Source: Blasia pusilla
Lineage: Eukaryota
Assembly: GCA_050084515.1 (NCBI GenBank)
Contig: CM114271.1
Location: forward strand, 42,966,001-43,030,000
Direction of reading: 5' to 3'
Length of the DNA: 64,000 nt
The notes under the pieces were generated by a model. That model saw nothing but the letters and a program-made list of their open reading frames with translations. It was not told where the DNA came from and ran no database searches. Both the position numbers and the translations under genes were made by a program. This document shows, piece by piece, positions 54,487-64,000 of this stretch (position 1 is its first letter; each line of letters begins with the position of its first letter).

Positions 54487-57250
54487 TAAGTACATCGAGG
54501 ACAAACCCACCTTCCAATAGGAACAACATCCAAACGTGGAGTCAAACACATCATGTGCCAACCCCTAGAACACCGATCACACACCAACATACGGGTGCGT
54601 TACAGTGAGACCCACACAACATGCACCTCAAGCTAGCACGTATCATGGCTAAGCTTGGGTCAAGATACCATCCACATTTGAAGATGACATGGCGCACAAT
54701 TACGCACATGGTCCTTCCAAACAACTCCATCACGACCCTCCAACATGAGAACTCCGAAGCTAACACCTCACGCACTTCGTAAAATAGTGCGCCTGCCGTC
54801 ACATCCAACGTTGTCGGGCATGCTACAAATAGACATAGTCCCCACATGGAACCTACGAATCGATGGTCGATAACCTCCACCCGAATGGTTGCATACCGCA
54901 ACGTATCCCCTGTGTTGAGCAATGGCAAGATTCTCAAAGGTCGTTGGCATAACTCTCCGAAAGAGCTCCGCCCGCTGAGAACACACCCTCATCCACATCT
55001 CGGGTCATCAAGGTTCACCACCTCACTAGACTCGACAATTCTTTGCTAGCAAGTCCGGATCTCGGCCGTATAATGTAAAATAAGGTGAGAAGGAAGCCAA
55101 GGATGCTTGGCGATCGAACCTATACCCCATGGCTAACCATGGCAATTGAATATCCGGTCTCCAAGATGCCCTTCAGAGGCCATACTTGCGCAATGCCCTC
55201 TTCACCGCCCGAACCACACGCTCAGCCAAACCATCGCTCTGGATGATCTCGAGGCGTGGTCCGATGATCAATCAACGCCTTGTCACACAAGACTGAAACT
55301 CACCCCTGAAACTCTCTAGTGGGTCACAAGACTTCACGGTGGTGCACCAAAATGACTAAGCACTCTATCAAGAAACGCGACGCCGTTCCTCACTTGCCTT
55401 GTCGTAATCCCACCAACTCAATCCACTTGGAGAAGTGCTCCACCATCACCAACACATATCCATGATGTCAAATACCACGGTAACGGTCCCGCAAAGTCCA
55501 CACTCCAACGGTAACCCAACCCCATAATAGGCAAGGGGTGTAACTGTGGTGTAGGGGCATTGAATGATGCCCTCACCCAGTCACAAACCATATAACGTGA
55601 CACCAACTGCTGCACCTGAGTATGCATGCCATGCCACCAATACTGACCAAGGAGTAAGCTATACGTATGCTTTACCCCAAAATGTCCCAACTCCTCATGG
55701 GCATGTCACACAATGCGCTCTCTCTGAGCCAAATGCGGCACTACTCGTACTCTACCATCCTCCCACACACAGAGAATATGTGTTGCCTCCAATCGATACC
55801 TCTTAGCATGTTGAAGAACACGGTCTCGCTCCTTGGCACTCACTATGCCTGGCACCCTACTGGTCCGTAGGAACTCCAACACCAATGCATCATCATGAAT
55901 ATCACGATGATCTGTACCTCCATCTCCAACCTTACGATCTGAAGGCTGGCCATCTACCCTCAGACTAGAGTAAGATGTCATGTGGTCCTCCATACTAGAA
56001 TCCACCCCTAACCAACATAAAAAGGCGGATGTATGCCAACGTGGCACCATCTCCTCATCAACCTCGCCATGCCATCTAGCCCCAGTTGCATCCTCTTGGC
56101 TAGTATATGGGTTCCTACTCAACCCATCAGCATCAAGGTTGGCAACTCCAGGTCTATGTACCACCTGGAAGTCATACTCCTGTAAGATAAGAACCCACCG
56201 TGCAAGCTTCCATGTAAGCTTGTCAGACTCCATCAACCACTTGAGCGGCTGGTGATCAGTAACAAGGGTAAAATGTGTGCCAAACAAGTAACACCTAAAG
56301 TGTGCCACAACCCACACTACTGCCAAGCACTCTCCCTCATATGAACTATAGCGCGACTCCGCTGCATTATTCAAACGACTTGCATAGGCCACCACAAACT
56401 CCATGTGCTCATCATCATGTTGTGTCAACACCGCTCCAAGTCCCAACCTACTCCAATCAGTGTGTAACTAAAATGGGCGCCCTCTGATAGGTCTCCTCAA
56501 GATAGGCGCCGCCACCAACTGGGCCTTAAGCTCCACAAAAGCTCTCTCCTGATCATCTTCCCAGTGCCACTCTTGATCTGATTTCAGAAATTGGTTCAAA
56601 GGCTTTGCCATAGCACTAAATCCCTTCATATACCTCCGATAGTAGTTTGCCAATCCCATGAATGCCCGAACTCTACTCACATCTACCGGACGCGGAATAA
56701 GTGCAATAGCCTCCACCTTTGCTTGCTGAACTCCCAAAGCACTTGGATAGATCAAATGACCCAATTACTCAACATCCTCATGGAAGAACTTACACTTTCT
56801 TGGATTCAAACGTAGACCATGAGCTTTCAACCGCTCAAACACAATCTGCAAATGTATCTGATGCTCCTCCACCGTGTTAGTGAATACCAAGATATCATCA
56901 ATGTAACACCGAACAAAATCCAACCCTCCTAGGATCCTGTCCATCACTCTCTGAAACTCGGCAGGTGCATTCTTCAACCCAAAGGGTAAGAATTTCCACT
57001 GGTACAAACAATCCTTGCCATGAGAGTTGACACCCCAAAATCTTTGTCTTGGCCTTGTCACTCTCCGAATCGGCAATTGATGGTATCTGCCGAAGATCCA
57101 AAGTACTGAAAATCTTTGCTGTCCCACCACATCAAAGATCTCTCAGTGTAGGCATGGCATACCTATCGGCCTTGGTTTGCCGATTGATAGACGGTAATCT
57201 CCACACATCCGCCTATCCGTGTAGTTGCCATGCATATCCTTTTTAGCATG
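54487..57250 (-). pseudogene. E3 RT, RNase H, integrase and PHD finger (frameshifted)
   Basis: FLPFGLKNAPAEFQRVMD, CYIDDILVF, TDHQPLKW, NLDADGLSR, GHFGVK, WSVDFAGP, LRCMLCGS...CDRCSRGWH...CPRCT*. Confidence 0.92.
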
Positions 57251-57819
57251 ACAAAGTGGGCGATGCATACTCTCCATGCGAGAACTCCACTAATCCAGCC
57301 TCCAAAAGGTCCAACGCCCTACTCAATCAGGTCCTCTCCATATCACTATATCGGTAGGGACGACGGAAGATTGGCGTATCACTAGCCAAATCAATCCGTA
57401 TACCGGGTCCAACCAGAGAACCCAACTCCTTCATGCTAAAGGCAAAACAACTCCTATAAGCACGTAGGAATTTTATCAGCGTCGTTTCTCACCTCCCGTA
57501 AGCTTGGGCCCAAGTAATGGCTCCCAAGTCTCCTCCTTTGGCACACTAGAGGAGAGGACGATGCCATTGGTCGCTCACATAACCCCCTCACAAGATGGTA
57601 TACCCTTAGCTACACCATCATCGAGCAAATAACTCCTCCACCAAAGATGAGCAACCAACTTCACATGCCCAACCATTACATCCCATTTACTCCAAGGATG
57701 CAAAATACTACTCTCTTCGCCCCCAGCCGATGCCTCTACCGTCCCGGTAGCCATCGAGCTCATCACAAGGGGTGGAAGAGCCACACACATAGTCCGAAGT
57801 CGATGCGTTGCTCGGCCAT

Positions 57820-58790
57820 ACCAAGACTCAAAATCCAAGTCAAACAATTCAGGTCCATGGCTTGACCCAACACATGACGTCGTGAAGCCTCAGAAATAGA
57901 AGCAATCGCTGTCACGCCAATAGTAAATCCCATCGCACGCTCTCTCTCATCAACGTTAGGCTCCACCAACTGTCGCACATGAGAATCCCATACAAGCCCC
58001 GGACCACTTTCCCTGTAGGCATGTGACGCGGGAAAACTCACAAATGTGGGTAGTGCCATCCTAGGCTCGCCCACACGGTTCACCACTGCCATGGGTGACC
58101 GATCAATAACCCTCACCATTTGAGAAAGTCGCCCAAAGATTCAAGATACTATCCTTTGTAAGGCGAGGATCATTTGCACTTTGCATCATATGCTCGACGT
58201 AGAACCTCCCTAGGCAACAAGTTTGTCCACCACAAGCGTGGACGATGTGCACGCGAGTCAACTCGCGGTGCATCCAACAACACCGCTGGTCCAATCCAAG
58301 AGCGCACCTCATGAACACTCGCCATCATCCGGGTCTGAGTGTCACCCAACAATGGAACATTCTCCAGAATGTAAGCTAGAGCACGTGCCTGATGAACCTG
58401 AAGATGTCGTAACACCCGTAACATCTCCCAAAACAATCGAGACCTAGGGTCATGTAATCCCTCACCACGACCACCACGTGTATGAACCTCACATGGCCAT
58501 CCAGCAATCACCAAATCCACAGGACCAACCCTCTCAAGGTCCTGCGCCCCCAACAATGCAATGTGTGATGGTAAAGCATGCAGGTACCCACAAATAGCTG
58601 ATGGCGGCAACAACTCAGGATATCTCTGCATCAACTGACCAATATGTCGGGATGAGACTCTCTGGGCTGTCTCATCTCGCTCCACATACACGTATCTCCG
58701 CACAGGAATACCGGCCTGCAACATTGCCGCCAAACCAGTGCTAATCCCACCAAAGAGATCTAACACACAAATGCCCTCCGGCGGATACTG
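57820..58790 (-). pseudogene. Complete DNMT3-like C5 cytosine methyltransferase domain inside E3 pol
   Basis: Motifs in canonical order: I VLDLFGGISTG, II YVERD, IV GPVDLVIAGWPC, VI YILENV, VIII AHRPRLWWTNL, IX ERERAMGF, X RRHVLGQAMD. Frameshifts near 58110-58180. Confidence 0.93.
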
Positions 58791-59439
58791 CCATACAATG
58801 GGTGTAGTATCCAAAGGGGATAACCCAACTGGGCCAGAAGTAGGAGTCCGCCGTGGGGCCTCCTCTTCCTCATGAGGTATAATGACCTCACACCAAGCCT
58901 CTGCACTAGGCGATCGCCTCTGCCGTAGTGCACCGCCTCTGAACTCCAAAGTGGCACATCCAACGATGAGGATGCCTTTGCTGCAAAAAAAATAGGGACC
59001 TCCTCTACCTCCTCATGCGCAGGAGAATCCATAGCGAAACATTACCCTCCAAAAAGTCTCTGGCCAAGTGACTACTCCACTAAAACCAGCCACAGATGCT
59101 AACATCTTTGGGGAGACCCTCTGGTCGAGCCCCATAAATAAATCTCACAGAACTTGGCTCATACGTCCATCCCGGACTGCCAACCAGGTCTATAAGACGC
59201 TCTCTCGGTCCACTAATCCATCTGAAACCCATCGGGTACAATCGCTCCTCCAACTAGTACATCATACGACTGGCCGATGTGACTACGTGATACTCCCAAC
59301 CGGGAGCTATCGTCGCATGATCTGGTCTCAACTGTCATGAAAACTTCTCCCGTGTCATGAATTCAGACCTATCATTGGCTCCTCCAAGTGATGTTTGAAT
59401 CTGGAATGGGCAAGGCTCAAGCTCTGACCTCCGAATACC

Positions 59440-59520
59440 CAAACCAATACATGCCGCCTTTCCCAACATCAAAGGTCGGGCACCGAGTCTAACAAGACTC
59501 TATCTGGTCTATACACACAT
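59440..59520 (-). pseudogene. E3 aspartic protease active-site region
   Basis: PDRVLLDS(G) motif with a frameshift, lying between gag and the MTase. Confidence 0.6.
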
Positions 59521-60099
59521 CTGTAGGACTCACCAATCGGAATATCCCACTCCGGTTGTCCAACATACATACACCAGGTGTAAGCCTCTCACGATCAATG
59601 GTGGCCGGGATGGTAATGCATCCACCTTCGCTGGCCGCCTCGCTAAGTAGCACCGGTACTCAATGCTACTCTTGACATAGAGGGTCGCTCCACCGCAATA
59701 TCCTCATCCACCTCAACACGTAGCAAGAACTCCCCACGTTCACACAATGTGGTCGCTAGCTGAAATACTGAGGAGCTAAGTCAACTCCTAAAGCCATCGC
59801 CCTCGTGGCCGAAAACAATGGGGATCCCAACACTTTGAAGTTGCCATCCGCACATCTTTCGATCCGCATCCGTGTCTACTACACGCGATGTAGATGCCTC
59901 GATCCACCATCGCTCACTCAATAGGTGCGTAGGAACCATGGATGGAGTCCTAAGCACCTCGGACAACAAGAATGATGGGAAGCCTAGCTCGCCTCCCACC
60001 TCACCCCTTTGTGGGTCCAACTCACAAGAGCACCACGTGGCTCGACGCTCGAGTGGCTCCTCTCAGAATCGCTGATGCCTCAACTCGTGCTACACTTGC

Positions 60100-61577
60100 C
60101 ATATAAGAGAGATCATCCCTCCATAAGAGGTGGAAGCCCTTGCTCCCGAACCTGATCTATCCGGATACCACCATAGTAGCCAACTCTCTGCTCCAACTGC
60201 TCAATCTGGCGACCATAGCGACTCTGTCGTAGTGGTAGGGGTAGCCACCGTAGGCTCTCCAACCACTGGTCCACCCCTACCACCTCTACCACCTCGGCCT
60301 CTGAGCTACTCCACCACGGCCACGGCCTGATCTCAACTCGGATGAAGATCAAAGCAACGCTCTCGAGGATAACCTAGTCTCCCCGCAATGATCACACTGA
60401 GTTGGGGCCGACGAGGCCCATCCTCCAAAGTCCATCTCCCATCCTCTTGGGGACAAAACTTCCTAACATGATCACCTCCACATGTCCAACATGATCGTCC
60501 CTTCTGGGGGCAGCAAATGAAGGCAATGGTCTCTGCACAAATGTCCCTCTAGGACTTGACGAGGTCGCGTGTACCCCACGACTCCCACTACTACTACCAC
60601 CACCACTACTACTACGAGGCGTGAGGTGGGCGGTGAACACGAGAAGTAGTAGTTGTATCCCCTCTTGAATGCGAATGTCACCACTCTCTCCTTCACCATG
60701 TTAAGCTCAATCTTCTCAGATAGAGCAAACACATGGGTCAATGTGGGTGAATCATCACTCATAAGAGTAGCATCACGCACCCTACGGCGCAAATCTCTGT
60801 CCAAGATCCCATACCAAAATCGATCGCTGATCCTCAGTCACACACCTGGGTGACTGAAATCAGCCGTCGATACGCGTGTATGCCTCACGAAGACTCTCAC
60901 CAGTCTTTCGCTCAAAGTCCTGAAGATTCCTCAACTTCTCCGTCTTCACTCCTTGATAGTTCTTCTTCAACCTCTTGAAGAACTCTGAACCGAAGCTAAA
61001 CGATGGTGGGGCACTAGTACCTCCACCTTTGGTACCCCACTCCGGCTGCACTCGTACCACTCAACGTCAAATTTGGCCGGGCATAGTAGGAGCACTACTA
61101 CCAATACCACCATGGGTGATAGACACATAGCCTGGAGACCAATATTGTCTCCATGCCTCAATCTCAACAACATGGTCCTTCCTAAACTCATGGTAATCAT
61201 CCATGGGTGGTCCTTCCAAGTCTTTGAAACAACCCTTCCAAGCCAAGAAGGGTGTAAACAACGTGGCGTTCCGCAACATCTGCATATCATACCACGTATC
61301 AAACCTGCATGAAGTCCTCCAACTCAATGGTACCCATCGCACCGAGTATCATCGTGGGCCCTTCATGGCCCCATATCCACCGTCCATGTCCCAAATCAAT
61401 GGAGCGCAACACTCGATAACAACCTAGAAGACTCGGTGTTTGGAACACCTCGCCCTCCTCTTCATCAACCGTCGGAAGTGGAAAAGGTAGCTGATACCTA
61501 AATCCACTCCGTGTGAAACCACCAGTGTCCGCACCACGGTCCCCAACCAGACCACCCGACAGCTCCGTGATGACCAA
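60100..61577 (-). pseudogene. E3 gag
   Basis: EFFKRLKKNYQGVKTEKLRNLQDFERKTGESLREAYTR is typical of retrotransposon capsid. Fragmented. Confidence 0.7.
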
Positions 61578-63071
61578 CGCCGATGCCGCACCACCACAAA
61601 ATTACCAAGTCACGTCGATGTCGTTGTACTATTCTAGCTCTACTAGCTATGGGTGTAGGCAACCTAACTTGTCATCACCACAAGAAGTCTCCCACAATCT
61701 ACTCGTCATCCCTCCAGCCTCACTACCGGTAGCACACAGGAGTAACACTACTCTGGAAATCAGCGTCAACCCTAATAATGGGCGCGCAAGCAAGAGGCAC
61801 GATGGAGGGGATCCAAACACAGGAAATCCAACGACAACCCTCCAATCGCAAATGGAAATCAAGGTAACACAATCCACCAAACGTGGTGCCCTCTGAATCC
61901 ACAAAACCCACCACACAATTCTAACGCAATAGCTACTTTGGGTCGATGATGACGTGCTAGTAACGCAAAGACTGAAAATATCACCTGCATGGAGAGGCTA
62001 CACCGTACTATGCGCTAGAGGTACATCAACCAAAAACCTGAGATGCATAAAGCGCCTAACACATCTCCGAACAAAGACCAAATGAGCTACAATGATGCAG
62101 CACCTGACACGGCATAGTTAAGAACTCGGCGATTAAGCCCCTCTAGGCAGAATAGCCCAAAGATGGGTGACCAGTTATGCAAAACTCAAATCCCAAATCC
62201 TGCAAAAATTGCCTCACGCCCAAGCTTGCTTGCTTGCTCCTTGCTCCTTACTCCTTACTCCGCCTCTCACGCCCACTCGCCCCGAACTACCACGAGTTGC
62301 CTCGAAGCCTCAAAATGCTCGAGACATGCCCCTATCGCCCTGTTCGCCATGCTTCGCTATGGAGAGAGGTCCAACCAGGGCGCCCCCAACGGGATAGGCG
62401 TCTCCAAAAATGAACGAGTCACCAACCAACCAGCCCCTCCGATCCGCTGTCCACCATAGCCAGACCTTGAGCTAGTCCGCGAAATTTCGATCAGAAATTA
62501 CTTCACAAATACGTGACCAAAATCAAATCTGTTTCGATCAAAATTCAATTGACCACCATAGCTATCTCCCCACAAAAACTCAACTACAACCGAGCTCCGT
62601 ACTCCGAGCTAAAAATCAGACAAACTTGCTGTCCATACACCTCTAGAACCGCAAATCCGACAGCGCTTCCGCCAAGTTTCATGCACGCAGAAATCCGCAA
62701 CGCTCCACGCACTCGAGCAGATGGCTTCACATGAGATCACAATACAAGTAGCAATAGGAACCTCTCACCCAATCTGGATGAACTTCAACAGAGCTTCCGC
62801 ACTCCAAGCTCTCCACATCAGAAAACTGTCGAACACGACCAGAATCTTCAATGCTTGATAACTTCCAACTCCCTTGACGAAATCCGGCGATCTACAACGC
62901 GTTGGAAAGCTCTCAGCAAGGCGCTTCTTTCCCAGCCAACCGCACACCAGATTCACACCTCCAAAATAGGCCACAAGCCACGAACATCCACGGCTGAGTA
63001 CACAATCAGCCCTAACCAGATCCTACTGATCTACAATCGAAGCTACCATCGATCTACTCCAGTTCTTTGAG

Positions 63072-63437
63072 TGAAATCCGTGAAAGACCTACTATCATAA
63101 AACACGTTTACAATCACATACAATCGAGCCAAACCCACTCCACGATGGGAGAATCTAGGTCGAAGCTTGCGGGAAACACCATAGCCAAGAGCTCTACTCA
63201 CTACCAAGGCTAACTCCCAACGCAACAGGCTCAACTCACAAAGAATCGATTGTTCTTTGAGGGCAAGCCACCTTATATCCTCCAACCTAAGAGCGGGCCC
63301 CACTGGGAAAGTCACCCCAAGTGAGTAACCCCAACCCTATGTATGGAACCGCATCTCTACCAAGCCACTACGGTCCTACATAAGGAATGGCCTCTACCAG
63401 CACTATACTCTACGACATAATCCGTATGGTCATGACA
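63072..63437 (-). repeat. E3 5' terminal repeat X1
   Basis: Homologous to 53839-54205 and starts TGTCATGACC. No Y on either side. Confidence 0.9.
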
Positions 63438-63689
63438 CATATTCTTCCTCGTGTACAAGCGTAAAATAGTTTGTAGGGATTTTATAGTTAGGAATTTTGG
63501 GGTCCGATGTTACGAAGAAGTGATCGCCTCGGCACTTCCATTTGTGATACCTGTCGTGAGAGAATGGAGAGTGTACATCATAATTTTGTATTGAAAAAGG
63601 AGAACTTATTAGAGAGTTCACCTTGCATCGGCCGCATCTACCGCAGCTAGAAGGCCCGCCCTTGTTCGAAGAAAGACTCTCGACACGAC

Positions 63690-64000
63690 AACGCGAGTTG
63701 GCTTGCGTGCACATCGTCCACGCTTGTGGTGGACAAACTTGTTGCCTAGGGAGGTTCTACGTCGAGCATATGATGCAGTGCAGCGGGATCCTTGCCTTAC
63801 AGTGGATAGTATCTTGGATATTGGGCGACTTTCTCAAGTGGTGAGGGTTATTGATCGGTCATCCATGGCAGTGGTGAACCGTGTGGGCCAGCCTAGGATG
63901 GCACTACCCACATTTGTGAGTTTTCCCTCGTCACATGCCTACAGGGAAGGTGGTCTCGGGCTTGTATGGGATTCTCATGTGCGACTGTTGGTGGAGCCTC
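63690..64000 (+). pseudogene. Third retrotransposon MTase copy (family B-like), motif VIII onward, running off the window end
   Basis: RAHRPRLWWTNLLPREVLRRAYDAVQRDP...RMALPTFVSFPSSHAYREGG, close to the reverse complement of ~57960-58265. Confidence 0.9.

Larger units (their letters stand above)
53732..63437 (-). mobile_element. E3: near full-length gypsy-type element, family B: X1-gag-PR-DNMT-RT-RNaseH-IN-PHD-PPT-Y1-X2-Y2
   Basis: All domains are present in order, but with many frameshifts. Termini TGTCATG...GCACGACA. The flanks GCCT and CATA do not form a TSD. Confidence 0.9.

Noticed and set aside
57820-58790. Host DRM/DNMT3 gene or bacterial restriction-modification contamination
   Set aside because: Intronless, no UBA/PWWP domains and no partner endonuclease; embedded colinearly in pol in two families, within a contig of spliced plant genes.
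45567-63441. E2 and E3 as one large element (flanks TATG / CATA)
   Set aside because: The flanks are reverse complements rather than a direct TSD, and the two elements have unrelated X/Y repeats.

Overview
Eukaryotic, land-plant-like nuclear DNA (short GT-AG introns, plastid-targeted genes; probably a non-seed plant, species not determinable from the sequence). There are three intact host genes: ATG4 (+, 8 coding exons), plastid TatA/Tha4 (-, 3 exons) and a Tic20-family gene (-, 1 exon). They sit among transposon remnants: a decayed Helitron Rep/helicase next to atpC and GT31 galactosyltransferase fragments, a CRE-like RLE non-LTR element, an APE-type LINE, a solo LTR and small non-autonomous elements. 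The standout is a group of Ty3/gypsy-type retrotransposons in two families (copies E1 20900-25147 +, E2 45571-50763 -, E3 53732-63437 -, plus a fragment at 63690-64000 +). They (i) encode a DNMT3-like C5 cytosine methyltransferase between protease and RT, (ii) end the integrase with a PHD finger, and (iii) lack ordinary paired LTRs, having instead split direct repeats X...PPT-Y-X-Y with a near-palindromic CA-NN-TG junction. That layout is known from tyrosine-recombinase (PAT/Ngaro-type DIRS) elements, yet here it goes with a DDE integrase, TG...CA ends and a 4-bp TSD. All TE copies are frameshifted or truncated. Coordinates were read by eye and may be off by a few bases.
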